The position numbers were made by a program, and so were the translations under genes. 64,000 nt of DNA from a virus: positions 52,507 through 116,506 of the IMG/VR virus record IMGVR_UViG_3300049489_000477. The stretch is one strand, 5' to 3'. Positions within the stretch are counted from its first letter, which is position 1. Every line of letters starts with the position of its first letter. Below the pieces are notes generated by a model that was given only the letters and a program-made list of their open reading frames with translations, ran no database searches and was not told the origin of the DNA. Shown here piece by piece: positions 10,101 through 20,459 of this stretch.

Positions 10101-10849
10101 TACCAGCCTCCCCAGCGTCTGGAGATTTCATCGCTCTTTGGTGGAGCAATACCGTCGCCTTGACCAGTACCATCGACTTCTTTCTTCACTTCTTCATTAT
10201 CAATCATGGTATTTGGTGAAGCTTTTGGTTGCTGAACATCGTATTTCGCAGCAACACGACCAGATCCGTCATTAACCAAAGCATCGGCTGGAGCGTCTGG
10301 GCGTAGATTGCCTTGGCTATCGACCACACCAAATCTTTCACCATATCCAGCACTATGAATTGTAACGGCTCTTTCACGGGCATTAAGAACGAACAAGCTT
10401 TTGAATCCAAATATATTTCCTTCGCGTCCAAGAGCAGCATGAACGGCATGCGATACTTCGTACACGAATGTTGAATTGAATGGTAAATAAAATTGATCAC
10501 CAGCTATAGGTTCGCGTCCGACTGCTGCTAAAAATGTCGGTAAGTGCAAAAAGACTCTGAATTCAATATTGTTAAGCTCACCGAATCCCGTGTATAAAAG
10601 ATTCTCGTCAAATCCTTCGGTATCAATCTTACCTTTTATAACATGCTTTCTCATGTATCTTTTGGTTGTATCCTCACCAAATGCGATATCTTTACGAATA
10701 TTGACTTCCACGGGGTAGTAATCCATAGGGATTCCATACACATTGATCATTTCGGCTTGCATACTATCTAAAGTCGAAATTTCATTACCCTGGTTTTGTG
10801 GACCAGTACCTTGTGGGAAATATTTTGTGTATGAAAGTGGATCTTGCAT
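10100..10849 (-). CDS. Neck protein gp14
   Basis: EMINVYGIPMDYYP, FGED, FG, P.AGDQFYLP and YEV motifs. Confidence 0.85.
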   Translation of the reverse strand: MQDPLSYTKYFPQGTGPQNQGNEISTLDSMQAEMINVYGIPMDYYPVEVNIRKDIAFGEDTTKRYMRKHVIKGKIDTEGFDENLLYTGFGELNNIEFRVFLHLPTFLAAVGREPIAGDQFYLPFNSTFVYEVSHAVHAALGREGNIFGFKSLFVLNARERAVTIHSAGYGERFGVVDSQGNLRPDAPADALVNDGSGRVAAKYDVQQPKASPNTMIDNEEVKKEVDGTGQGDGIAPPKSDEISRRWGGW

Positions 10850-10852
10850 AAA

Positions 10853-12094
10853 TTAATGGATAAGTAAGAGAGTTCCTAACACATCTGTTCTGGCAGCAGC
10901 ATCGTCGCCGTCACCTGGCTTAACAATAACATTATATTTCTTGGTATTATCAACGGGAAGCTTTACAAGTTCATCATAAGTTACGACGGAACCTGGATCT
11001 AAATCATACTTGAAAGTGACTCTCTTCTTTATCTCTTCCTTGTCTTGAGGTGAAAGTGGTTGACCTTTCACAAGATTCAAATCTCTGAACAATTCATCTG
11101 GTACAACTTTTGAGTGCTTTGCCGTGGTAAAATCAACATTTCTATCTTGTGTTCCACCCTTCGAGAAATTGAATATGAAATTATCTGGCTTAACATCATT
11201 GTATTTGTTGACTAAATCGACTTGCTTTGTGTAAGCATAGTGGCGAGTTTCTGGTGTCTGTTTTGCAACATCGAACGCAAGCATGAGATAGGTCTTTGAG
11301 AAGAAATCTCCTGCATCATGCCAACGCAATACAACTTTCTTGCCTCTCTTTGCGTTTGCTGCTACTGCCGCCTTCAATTCACTCAAAACTTTTTGCTTAA
11401 ATCCTTCATAGTCATTCATCAAAAAGTTTATTGTCCGAGTTGCCGACAACCATGGTCCTTCGTATTGAACATAACCACCCGATGTGGCATAACAATATGC
11501 TTTGCATGCACCAGCAGATGGACATGTTTTTACAACTTGAAACTTATTTTCGGCTTCGTTGTAAAAAAGACCTTGGAATGCTGGTAATGTCAAATCGTAG
11601 AAAACTTCATTGGCATTTGCACCAGATGCAGCTAATTTCGAATTTTGCTGAATGATGCTTTCTGGACGCTGTGTGATAAGTTGCTTAAGTTGTTTTTCAC
11701 TTATCTTTTTACCACTTGGTGTCAGAATTTTAAGTAATGTTGAACTATGTATCAACCGCTGTGGTCGCTCTGCTGGCTTATAGCCGCTACCAGTTTCTGG
11801 ATTAACAAGTGACTTATCACGCTTATACTGTTTTGATGGATTTGCTCTGTTAAATGCGATACCTTGAGCAATGTTGGGGTCATCTGTTTTTGATCTTGCG
11901 ATATCCATAGGATCAATGTCACGAACAGGAGCATCTGGAATTGGCTTTGCTTCCGCAAGACCAACGCCATTAAACTCTTCTTCTGTTGGAAGCTCCGATA
12001 GATCGCTAACAATTTGTTCAGCGCCTGGAGCTAAACCACCAGCAGTTTCTATCATCTTCCAAGATTCTTTAAGTTGTTCTAAAATTCTGTCCAT
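10853..12094 (-). CDS. Gene-product-88 family protein (Cys-triad, radical-SAM-like)
   Basis: TCPSAGACKAYCYA, RWHDAGDFFS, YAYTK and NFIFNFS motifs. Confidence 0.7.
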   Translation of the reverse strand: MDRILEQLKESWKMIETAGGLAPGAEQIVSDLSELPTEEEFNGVGLAEAKPIPDAPVRDIDPMDIARSKTDDPNIAQGIAFNRANPSKQYKRDKSLVNPETGSGYKPAERPQRLIHSSTLLKILTPSGKKISEKQLKQLITQRPESIIQQNSKLAASGANANEVFYDLTLPAFQGLFYNEAENKFQVVKTCPSAGACKAYCYATSGGYVQYEGPWLSATRTINFLMNDYEGFKQKVLSELKAAVAANAKRGKKVVLRWHDAGDFFSKTYLMLAFDVAKQTPETRHYAYTKQVDLVNKYNDVKPDNFIFNFSKGGTQDRNVDFTTAKHSKVVPDELFRDLNLVKGQPLSPQDKEEIKKRVTFKYDLDPGSVVTYDELVKLPVDNTKKYNVIVKPGDGDDAAARTDVLGTLLLIH

Positions 12095-12096
12095 AT

Positions 12097-13062
12097 TTAT
12101 CCTATGAAAAATGCTTGAGGTGGATATCCGAAGTAGTTTTCTGACAACTTCTTTTCTAAATCTTCTTTCTTTGATTTTCCTTCAGTAAAGAAAAAATCTG
12201 CATCAAACTCGACGCCGCCTTGGAACTTTGCTCCACGATATTTCTTCATGGTTGTTCCAACTTGTAACATACACAGTGCTAACGAATAGTGGCGAATAAA
12301 GTAATCATCATAAAGATATTCTGGAGCAACGCGAGTCCATACGCCGATGATATACATACCGGCGGTTTTTGGTGGTGGCGCTATACGCACACGACGGGAT
12401 GCTTCGTGAAAATCCAAATTCACCGTTACTTTAAAGCGTTGGTTGAGCATTTCCATGTATTCCATCGATAATTCGTATGTAATGACATCCATGCCGCCGC
12501 CGTCTGCTCTTGTTCCACCGCGAGTACCATAAGCTCCACCATTATACATGGTGCCGGGGAACCACAAACCAAGGAAATTATTTGTCGATGTATTTACTTG
12601 ACCACCAGCCATTCCACCCCACATGGTCTGTGAAATGGCTTCCGCGCTATTTAATGCTCGTTCGATGATTTCTTGTGTTGGCGCTGGAGCAGTTGTAAGC
12701 CAATTCAAGCCACCTGTACCGCTGCCGCCTGGTAATACCTTTGAAACACCAACGACACTTCTCGGAAGCTGATATTCAGCCCGATGTTGCATAATTGGAG
12801 CAGCAAGTTTTGGATCACAGAATGAGAATGGCGCTCCTGTCATAGTGCATACAGGGGCTGCCGAGGTAAGCATTGTTGAGGTATTGATAATGCAATAATT
12901 CTGTTCGTGACCTATGCCACCAGAAAACAATTGGTAATAATCGATTGCGTCATCAATACGATCTTCGATTTGTGAAGGCGAAAGTGGCATGACACCCATG
13001 ACAGATTCGCCTAAACTATCACGAATCCATGCAGCCAATTCCGACTTTTTAGAAGGTATCAT
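12097..13062 (-). CDS. Neck protein gp13
   Basis: SKKSELAAWIRDSLG, QIEDRIDDAIDYY and KKY.G...GGV motifs. ATG at 13062 has an AAGGA RBS. Confidence 0.88.
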   Translation of the reverse strand: MIPSKKSELAAWIRDSLGESVMGVMPLSPSQIEDRIDDAIDYYQLFSGGIGHEQNYCIINTSTMLTSAAPVCTMTGAPFSFCDPKLAAPIMQHRAEYQLPRSVVGVSKVLPGGSGTGGLNWLTTAPAPTQEIIERALNSAEAISQTMWGGMAGGQVNTSTNNFLGLWFPGTMYNGGAYGTRGGTRADGGGMDVITYELSMEYMEMLNQRFKVTVNLDFHEASRRVRIAPPPKTAGMYIIGVWTRVAPEYLYDDYFIRHYSLALCMLQVGTTMKKYRGAKFQGGVEFDADFFFTEGKSKKEDLEKKLSENYFGYPPQAFFIG

Positions 13063-13081
13063 AGGCAAATCCTTACCTATG

Positions 13082-13089
13082 TATTTATA
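13082..13089 (-). promoter_or_regulatory. Late promoter TATAAATA (gp13)
   Basis: Exact consensus. Confidence 0.75.
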
Positions 13090-13644
13090 TTAGTTGTCTT
13101 CTATGTACTTCTTAAGCTTTTTTATAAGCTCGTTCTTATGGTTTGGAACATCGGAAAAATCCACCTTCAAACGCTCCAAGTATTCTATAGCTTTTTCCTT
13201 CCTCATCACAAACCAATTCTTTTGGCTGAACTTTTTCAAGAATGATATCAAAGCTTCATTATTCATATCATTTTCAGCGTCATTTTTATCTGGTATTTCT
13301 GGTGTTTTTTCTGTTGTATCCTCAACATATGAAACAACAGTTTTTTCTTCCCGCTTCAAGTTTTCAAGGAAGGTCTTGTGTGGGGCTTGCTTTTTTGCTT
13401 GTACAGCGACGATATCAAGCTCTTGACCATCATATACTTTAGTTGGATGCTTTGGATCGTGTGAAATTTCGCCTTGTTTTAATGGTGGTGTCCAGCCTAC
13501 GAATTTGAATCCAACAACATCCTTATATACGGCATAATCCGCATATATAACATCACCAGAATTAACGATTTGAGGTGGTTTTGTTATATCCAAACGCAAC
13601 CGAATTGGTGACGGATCTGACCGTAAAAAGTATCCGAAAGGCAT
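13090..13644 (-). CDS. Hypothetical protein, possibly head-associated
   Basis: N-terminal beta-rich segment and a small C-terminal helical domain. Lies downstream of gp23. Confidence 0.6.
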   Translation of the reverse strand: MPFGYFLRSDPSPIRLRLDITKPPQIVNSGDVIYADYAVYKDVVGFKFVGWTPPLKQGEISHDPKHPTKVYDGQELDIVAVQAKKQAPHKTFLENLKREEKTVVSYVEDTTEKTPEIPDKNDAENDMNNEALISFLKKFSQKNWFVMRKEKAIEYLERLKVDFSDVPNHKNELIKKLKKYIEDN

Positions 13645-13646
13645 GG

Positions 13647-14093
13647 TTATCTTAATGCCTCCAGCCGAGAAATTTCCATCTTGGCTCTATGTATGTCGCG
13701 CTCGATTGTTTCTACGATAGCCAGTGCTTTTGATACGCCACCAGATAAATCTGCTCTTCCGACCCATGCTTCATAATCTTGTTTCGCATAGTGTAGCGAT
13801 TCTTCCAATTGATCGACTTCCTCTTTTAAGTTGGCTATCTTAAACAGGACATACTCTCTGTCATTCTTCTCGTCTACTTGAGAGTCGCGGATTCTGGCTT
13901 TGAGTTTAGCAAGCTTTTCTGCTTGTTCTTCTACTATTTTTTTATAGTCGTTTTTGATATCTTGCTGGGATTCCGATGCTTCATTGAGACTCTCTTTAAA
14001 AGATGGAATTATTAATTCTTCCCTTTTAATTGGAGCTATATCGGGAATATCATCAAGTGACTTGGGGAAGGTATCGTCTGGTAATTCGCTCAT
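13647..14093 (-). CDS. Hypothetical coiled-coil protein
   Basis: 148 aa, coupled to its neighbours. Confidence 0.65.
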   Translation of the reverse strand: MSELPDDTFPKSLDDIPDIAPIKREELIIPSFKESLNEASESQQDIKNDYKKIVEEQAEKLAKLKARIRDSQVDEKNDREYVLFKIANLKEEVDQLEESLHYAKQDYEAWVGRADLSGGVSKALAIVETIERDIHRAKMEISRLEALR

Positions 14094-14341
14094 AAGTAGT
14101 TCCTATTATCTATGAAGATTTGCTTATCTATATAATACCACTTTCTACATGCAATTTCTGATGTTTCTCCGTTTACAATGTCTAAAAACACTTTAAGCTT
14201 TTTGTCATCTTTTTGTATTTCGACATACTCATGAAGGAGAATTTGACAATATGCGTCACCTACTTTTGCACCATCTACTATAGATGCCACGATTTTAAGA
14301 TCCTCTGGGGTTAGGTATTTTGTTAGTTCAGTAATGTCCAC
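14090..14341 (-). CDS. Hypothetical protein
   Basis: 83 aa, GTG start 6 nt after TATAAT. Confidence 0.6.
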   Translation of the reverse strand: MDITELTKYLTPEDLKIVASIVDGAKVGDAYCQILLHEYVEIQKDDKKLKVFLDIVNGETSEIACRKWYYIDKQIFIDNRNYL

Positions 14342-14386
14342 GGGTATATTATATCGTTAACTCATATTTTCATAGACCAAATTTAT

Positions 14387-14420
14387 AAAAGAAAACCCCC
14401 CGGCATAGCCGAGGGGTTTC
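14387..14420 (-). terminator. Intrinsic terminator after gp23
   Basis: GAAACCCCTCGGC-TAT-GCCGGGGGGTTTTC hairpin followed by a T-run. Confidence 0.85.
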
Positions 14421-14449
14421 CTGTCTCACTTGTAGACGGTAAGCTAGGC

Positions 14450-15907
14450 TTATCCGAATACGACTCCGTTAGCCGAAGCACCCTGTGGGAGTGGGTTAGC
14501 GTAACCTGAGTTGTCATATCCAGCGATTGGGCTGTTGCCAAGGTTGACGCTGATGTAACGGTAGTAGTTTTCTGCGCCAAACAAGTTGTTGCAGATACCG
14601 TAACGTGTCATAACGCCGATTCTTGGGTTGAACGAATCAGGACCAACTGCTTCCATGAACATCAATGGAACGTATGGGCAGTAGATCACACCAGCGTCTG
14701 TGTCGCGGCTTCCCTTGTATCCTACGACTGCGTATTCGGTTTGAGCGAATACATCGCGGTATACGGTGAAGCGTCCGATTGTACCGACCTTGGCGACTCC
14801 ACTTACCTCTGTTGAGAGGTTTGTAGCGACGGACGAGAGAGCGAACTGCTCAAGTCCTTCAAGGATGGTGCATACGTTTGCGGAGCAGAGGATGAAGTTA
14901 CCAGCACCACGACGAGTTGCGCGAGCAATATCGTTCGAAGCCTTGACGAGCAAGGTGTAGAGGGTGCGGAACTTTTCCTGTTCCCAACGACCATCGGCTG
15001 TACCGTTAGCTGTACCGACTGAACCGTAGTTCCATGAATAGACGCCGCCGACCTTTGCAAGTTCAACGATGTTATTCTTCACTTCGGCATCGATTTCAGC
15101 AGCAACTTCGTAAGCCAAGAGGTCTGACAATTGCTCTTGGATGTCAACATTATGCATGTTGGCGATATCTTGCTGCGCTTCATATGTCCAACGAGCAGCG
15201 AGCTTACGGGTCTTTGCTGTGATTTCCTGACGCTCAATGGTCAATCCCATGTAGCGCATTTGTTCAGGAACACCTGTTCCACATACGTCACGAAGTTCAC
15301 CAAGTGTTTCACCTTCGTGGGTGATGTAGCCTGGCTTGTATCCTGCGCCGAGAGCGCCTGGATCACGCATACCACCCTTTACCTTGCCTGCGTCGGCTTC
15401 GGTAAGAGCATCGAATTGACCCGATGTTGGGAGTGATGCGCCAGTTGTACCAGCAGCCGAAGCAGGCTCAACGCCTGAGTAGAGTGCGTGTACGGTGTTG
15501 TATCCAGCTTCTTGTCCTGCGAAGTCGCCGCTCTGGTAGCGGTAGCGCAATGCATAAGCAAGTCCTACTGGAGTAAACATTGGTTGAACGCCTGCCAATT
15601 CGTTCGCAACGAGTTCTGGGAAGATACGAGCGACGAGTGGCATTGCGATAGGCTTGAAACGGGCGATACCCGCGCCTGGACCACAATTTGAATTGTATGA
15701 CGCTGCTCCGACTCCGGCGGCGTCTGATCCTGAGACGTTGAACGACTCATGTAATGGACCTTGGACTCTGCCTGGGTTCTGGAAATAGCGTTGTTCCATT
15801 TCAAGAAGTGCTGAAACGTTTTCAACAATTGAATCCTTCTTGATGTGGTTGGTTAATGGTGCCCACTTCTTGCGAAGGGCGTCCTTAAATACTCTAGCTT
15901 CTGACAT
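14450..15907 (-). CDS. Major capsid protein gp23
   Basis: KKWAPL, GVQPMFTPVGLAYALRYRY, AKTRKLAARWT.E.QQD, YCPYVPL and FNPRIGVMTRYG motifs. Confidence 0.97.
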   Translation of the reverse strand: MSEARVFKDALRKKWAPLTNHIKKDSIVENVSALLEMEQRYFQNPGRVQGPLHESFNVSGSDAAGVGAASYNSNCGPGAGIARFKPIAMPLVARIFPELVANELAGVQPMFTPVGLAYALRYRYQSGDFAGQEAGYNTVHALYSGVEPASAAGTTGASLPTSGQFDALTEADAGKVKGGMRDPGALGAGYKPGYITHEGETLGELRDVCGTGVPEQMRYMGLTIERQEITAKTRKLAARWTYEAQQDIANMHNVDIQEQLSDLLAYEVAAEIDAEVKNNIVELAKVGGVYSWNYGSVGTANGTADGRWEQEKFRTLYTLLVKASNDIARATRRGAGNFILCSANVCTILEGLEQFALSSVATNLSTEVSGVAKVGTIGRFTVYRDVFAQTEYAVVGYKGSRDTDAGVIYCPYVPLMFMEAVGPDSFNPRIGVMTRYGICNNLFGAENYYRYISVNLGNSPIAGYDNSGYANPLPQGASANGVVFG

Positions 15908-15936
15908 AATATTTTCCTTTATGGGGGGTTAATTAG

Positions 15937-17016
15937 TTAGTTACGGCGCATACGGTCGAGGTTAGTCTTCCATGCGTCCATGTCTGATGTTTTGTCACTT
16001 GCAGGTTTATTTATTGATTCAACAATACGTTCAACTTGCTTTTTAGCGGTATCCACAACCGCTTGTGGCTTTGCATCCTTCTCACTTATCTTTGCAGGCT
16101 TCGCTGATTCGGTTATCACGATATCTTTGATGATCTTGAAACGAGGTTCAAGTTCTTCAACGGAACACGATTCCAAAAGCTTTTCAGCCTTTGTCTTTTG
16201 TGCCTGAGTCATACCTTCCGTAAGTTGCTTTAACTTAACAGTTTTCTCTAACTCTTTAACCCGTGAACCAAGTTTCACATTTTCTTGAGCCTTTACATTC
16301 ACAGACTCACTTAACTTGGCTATTTCAGCCTTGGCAGCCTTAAGCGCATCGTAACCAGATTTATCAACACTGATTCCGTGCTTCTCGATTACACTTACCA
16401 TGTTTTCGACAAGCGGCTCAAGCGCAGCGGCTTTAGCGGCAGCCTCCATAATTTGTTCAGGAACGATTGTCTTGAGTTGCGACTGCATGTACTCATTCGC
16501 CTTCTCAATCAAATCACCCTTGAACGTCTCTAACGATTTGGCGTCGGCTTCCTGACGCATTCTCTTAAATTCGGCTGCTGATTCCATTGCAGTCGATTCT
16601 ACGAAAGTCTTGTATTCATTTGCAGCAGCCATTGCTTCCTCTTCGATCTTATCGCGGTACAAGGCGGCTGTCTCTTGAAGAACCTTTGTCGATTCCTCTT
16701 GGTATTCTTTTAATGATTCAAAAAGTATTTCTTCTTTTTGCTTAAATTCTTCTGCAAGTTGCTTTCCGAAGTCAGCAGCAGCTTCCTTGAGGAAAGCTTC
16801 TTTCTCTGACATATCCTTCTTCATCTGTTCAATTTCGGCAACAAGCTTTGTCTTTTCTTCTTGTAGCGCAACTGTAGCAGATGCGGATTCGGAAGTCTTG
16901 GCAGCAACGCGAGCTTCAACAACTGTGTTGATCATCTCTGCGACTTTTGCTTTTACTTCTTCAGAAACCAACTTTTCATCGATTCCTTTAAAAATTTCAG
17001 CAATAATATCTTTCAT
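15937..17016 (-). CDS. Prohead core scaffold gp22
   Basis: Long A/E/K coiled coil with many L/I-x-E sites. Lies between gp21 and gp23. Confidence 0.85.
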   Translation of the reverse strand: MKDIIAEIFKGIDEKLVSEEVKAKVAEMINTVVEARVAAKTSESASATVALQEEKTKLVAEIEQMKKDMSEKEAFLKEAAADFGKQLAEEFKQKEEILFESLKEYQEESTKVLQETAALYRDKIEEEAMAAANEYKTFVESTAMESAAEFKRMRQEADAKSLETFKGDLIEKANEYMQSQLKTIVPEQIMEAAAKAAALEPLVENMVSVIEKHGISVDKSGYDALKAAKAEIAKLSESVNVKAQENVKLGSRVKELEKTVKLKQLTEGMTQAQKTKAEKLLESCSVEELEPRFKIIKDIVITESAKPAKISEKDAKPQAVVDTAKKQVERIVESINKPASDKTSDMDAWKTNLDRMRRN

Positions 17017-17040
17017 AAAAGACTCCTGATTAATCTATAT

Positions 17041-17805
17041 TTATATTGGTTTTGATAAATCATTTAAAAATTTTTCGGCAAGCTTGATAAACATCGCATC
17101 CCGATCATTTTTAGGCATGGATCTAAGCGATTCATCCAAATTTTTATATGCTTTTTCTGTACGACGAAGTGACGATTCTGTATATGCTCCACCAGAAATA
17201 ATATATTCTCTATTCTCATATATACCCTGGACGAAACCTTCTGGAGCAGATGGGTCAGCAACGATATCTTCTGCTATCAATTCGAACTCGGTTACGATAT
17301 TGGCATCAGATCCAAACTTGCTTACAGCATCTTCATAGAGCTTTGGGTTTTGCTGGCTTGGTGAATTCAATGCACCCATGCCGCGTGATGATGTACCAAG
17401 CTGACCGTCTGACTTCAAAATAGTATCGGCTATACGACCATATTCAGTATCGATGATTTTTGCACGACCTACGACATCATCGCCTTCCCAGCGTAATTCA
17501 GTAATCATGTGGGAAACACGGTGCAAATTTATTTCAACACCTTCTGGGTGACCTAATTCGCCGTATGAGCGCAACTTGTTACCAGTCATTCTATCGTTAA
17601 CATACTTTTGAACACACTGGACCATCAATTCTTTTGGATAGATTCTTCCATTGCGGTTCTTGACATTACATTGAATGAATGGACCGACAATTTCGGTTAT
17701 GGACTTTTTCTTACCGTCTGCTGCTACTTCTTCCCTAATAACAACATCTTTAATTGCTTTAAAGTTAGGAGAATTTGCTTCCGTAATAAGCTTGTATATC
17801 TTCAT
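17041..17805 (-). CDS. Prohead protease gp21
   Basis: NRNGRIYP, GELGHP, SSRGMG and DIVADPSAP motifs. Confidence 0.95.
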   Translation of the reverse strand: MKIYKLITEANSPNFKAIKDVVIREEVAADGKKKSITEIVGPFIQCNVKNRNGRIYPKELMVQCVQKYVNDRMTGNKLRSYGELGHPEGVEINLHRVSHMITELRWEGDDVVGRAKIIDTEYGRIADTILKSDGQLGTSSRGMGALNSPSQQNPKLYEDAVSKFGSDANIVTEFELIAEDIVADPSAPEGFVQGIYENREYIISGGAYTESSLRRTEKAYKNLDESLRSMPKNDRDAMFIKLAEKFLNDLSKPI

Positions 17806-17824
17806 GTATAAAAACTCCTGAAAC

Positions 17825-17832
17825 TATTTATA
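17825..17832 (-). promoter_or_regulatory. Late promoter TATAAATA (gp21-22-23)
   Basis: Exact consensus. Confidence 0.75.
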
Positions 17833-17838
17833 TACCTT

Positions 17839-18252
17839 TTAAGTTTCTGTGTGTGATTTCTTAAGCTTTTCAGCAAATTTGGCTAAAAACTCTTTACTAC
17901 GAGAATCGATAAGACTGTCATATGCGGCTTTTGTGAACTTTGGGAAGTATTCATTGGCTCGAACATAGTTACCTTGAGCCAACGAATTGATCCATTCTTG
18001 ACCGCTTTGTGTCGCATTTTCGCGTGCCATAACTATACTCCTTGCTTTATGAATGTAATAATCATTTACTTGCTGATCAAACTTATCCATGACTTTTCTT
18101 GTAAACATAGGATCTGTATCCGGCAAATCTGGTGTTTCGGCTTTTTGTTTTGTAACCGCACTGTCCCATGCCGGTTCTAATTCATTTGGCTTCAATCCAA
18201 TTTCATCAGCTTTCAAAGTAATGTAAGAATTATGTTCATCTAATCTTTTCAT
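17839..18252 (-). CDS. Hypothetical protein at the prohead core (gp67/68) position
   Basis: Between portal and protease; call based on position only. Confidence 0.55.
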   Translation of the reverse strand: MKRLDEHNSYITLKADEIGLKPNELEPAWDSAVTKQKAETPDLPDTDPMFTRKVMDKFDQQVNDYYIHKARSIVMARENATQSGQEWINSLAQGNYVRANEYFPKFTKAAYDSLIDSRSKEFLAKFAEKLKKSHTET

Positions 18253-18261
18253 AGTATGTCC

Positions 18262-20007
18262 TTATACTGGAGTTGGGGCTGGCGGCTCTCCACCCTCGTC
18301 ACCACCGGCTGGTGGCTCTCCACCAGCGTCACCGCCTCCCATGTCGCCGCCCATATCGCCACCCATGTCACCGCCGAGGTCGCCTCCACCACCTCCACCG
18401 AGGTCACCTCCACCACCGCCTAATCCACCACCTCCACCAGCGTCACCTTCGGCTTCCTTTTCAAGTCTCTTGTTTATTTCACGTTCGATGTTTCTCTTCT
18501 TAACATTCTCGTCCCAATCATTATCATCAACTTCAAGATACTTCTTGATAACCCATTCTTGTGAAAGTGGCTTGTTTTCTGTATCGATAAGACCTTCGAA
18601 GTGCTTGAATACCTCAAACTTGAGAGAAAGCTTCTTGGCGTTCAAGAACATTTCGTACAAGTTATTCGAGAACATTTCAATATCGATGTCCTCTTCGGAT
18701 ATTCCCAATTCGTCAGAAATATGCTTGAGTTTCAAGTGCGACAAGAAAATATCTTTTAATGCTTTACAGAATCTCTTTGAGTATCTCTTCACATCTTTTA
18801 AGAACTTCAATTCGTCGTGGTTTATATCGCCAGCCGCGCCGAATTGTGTCTTTTTATCTTCGCCCCAACGAGACATTGGAATGTTCATTGCTAAATACAT
18901 TCTCTTTAAGAAGAATTCAACGTCTTGAATCTGATCAAGATGTTGACCGCCGGGCAAGGTTTCTACTTTTGAACCCTTTCCACCAGCAAATATTGGGAAG
19001 TAATAATCTTCGGTCATTGCAATAGGATCAAGACCTTCTGTGACATCACCTGTACTTGGATCGAAGAACTTTCTCTGTCTGTGTCTCTGAATTGTTTCGT
19101 TTAAATATTGTTCTGCTCTTGCTTTTGGTAAGTTACCGACATCGATGTTGAAGATTCTTCTTTCTGGAGCGCGAATAATTCTGTAGATAACAAGCGCATC
19201 TTCCATGAGCTTCAAACGACGATATGTTATCTTGGCATTTTCTAAAAATGAGTAAACTCTGATGTTCTGCTCGTTATCAGAGAACTCGCGTAATCCAGAG
19301 TTAGCATATGCCACCATTTCCTTTGGCATCTGTAGCAACTCTTGTGTTTGTTGAGCATGGTATGTGTAGAAGAAAATTTCATCAGCTTCTAAATCACCAT
19401 AGACGGGATAGACGAGGTTTGTCAAAAGCTTTTTGACTCTTGTAATGCCCAATTCTGGATTGTCGTTATCAATGACTTTTTCAAAGAAAATTTCACCATC
19501 TATCATGTAGTCTCTATACCACATATCGATGTTGTCATTAATTTTCATGACATCATGCATCAATGAGTTGAACTCGGCTTGAATGGTTTGCCGCTGATGT
19601 TCGTCTTCTCTTATGGCTTTTGACTTGATTTTAAGGTGTACGCAATTACCTTCATCATCGAAATTCACAGCCTCATCGACATACTCGTTTACAGCAAACG
19701 AAACAACAGGATACTTTGACATTTCACGGTATAGGCGTAAACTTTCTCTCTTATCGTTTTCAACACGATAGATTAACTTCGAGAAAATATTTAACTGGCT
19801 CTGAAAGTCACCAACTGCTAAGTCTTTTAACTCCGAGACTGCGATCTTATTCTTATCTTTTTTAATTTCTTGCGGCTTTTCATTTCCAGAAATAGCATTG
19901 AAAATGGTCTTTCGAACATTAGCAATTTGTGTTTGTTCATGTGGGGTAAGATTCTTAGCACGCTTATTGATGCCGCCCGTATATGAAAAATAGTCGCCTA
20001 TAGCCAT
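18262..20007 (-). CDS. Portal protein gp20
   Basis: YREMS.YP and MEDALVIYRIIRAPERRIFNIDVGNLP motifs; EDYYFP, ETLPGGQ and P.SR motifs; Gly-rich tail. Confidence 0.96.
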   Translation of the reverse strand: MAIGDYFSYTGGINKRAKNLTPHEQTQIANVRKTIFNAISGNEKPQEIKKDKNKIAVSELKDLAVGDFQSQLNIFSKLIYRVENDKRESLRLYREMSKYPVVSFAVNEYVDEAVNFDDEGNCVHLKIKSKAIREDEHQRQTIQAEFNSLMHDVMKINDNIDMWYRDYMIDGEIFFEKVIDNDNPELGITRVKKLLTNLVYPVYGDLEADEIFFYTYHAQQTQELLQMPKEMVAYANSGLREFSDNEQNIRVYSFLENAKITYRRLKLMEDALVIYRIIRAPERRIFNIDVGNLPKARAEQYLNETIQRHRQRKFFDPSTGDVTEGLDPIAMTEDYYFPIFAGGKGSKVETLPGGQHLDQIQDVEFFLKRMYLAMNIPMSRWGEDKKTQFGAAGDINHDELKFLKDVKRYSKRFCKALKDIFLSHLKLKHISDELGISEEDIDIEMFSNNLYEMFLNAKKLSLKFEVFKHFEGLIDTENKPLSQEWVIKKYLEVDDNDWDENVKKRNIEREINKRLEKEAEGDAGGGGGLGGGGGDLGGGGGGDLGGDMGGDMGGDMGGGDAGGEPPAGGDEGGEPPAPTPV

Positions 20008-20459
20008 TAGATAACTCCCATGTTGTTCAAGCGGACTTTATGGAAATTACGCATTTCCTGTTGTGTCTCCCCTATATTTATATCTTTAATAGCTTTCATG
20101 TGTAAAGGATTGTAAATTCTCCATGCGTTTTCGACATCTGGATTGCGTAAAAACAGGGCTTTTAGAATACGAAAACTAAAGGCATGCGGGTGTTCGGGGG
20201 TGTACATTTCCTTAATTTTACCATCTTTCATATAAAACTTCTCATAATCCTCTAAAAATATTTCAGAATTACGAAGTATGCGCAGATCGAGTCCATGTAT
20301 CCGTCTGTTGCGATCAAGGGCTGAAAATACGATTACTGGATTAAGAACCATGGGTTCTTGCATCGTACTTTGCATATTGGGATATGAGAATTTGTAGAAA
20401 TGACCTCTCTTCATTTCTTGAAAATTAACTCCACCGATGTTTCCAGATAATAAATCCAT
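20007..20459 (-). CDS. gp2-like DNA end protector
   Basis: G.FY.F.Y...P.....GLDL..L pattern. Adjacent to gp4. Confidence 0.55.
   Translation of the reverse strand: MDLLSGNIGGVNFQEMKRGHFYKFSYPNMQSTMQEPMVLNPVIVFSALDRNRRIHGLDLRILRNSEIFLEDYEKFYMKDGKIKEMYTPEHPHAFSFRILKALFLRNPDVENAWRIYNPLHMKAIKDINIGETQQEMRNFHKVRLNNMGVI

Noticed and set aside
18273-18928. Pro/His-rich + strand ORFs
   Set aside because: Antisense shadows of the Gly-rich portal tail, which is ordinary low-complexity sequence.
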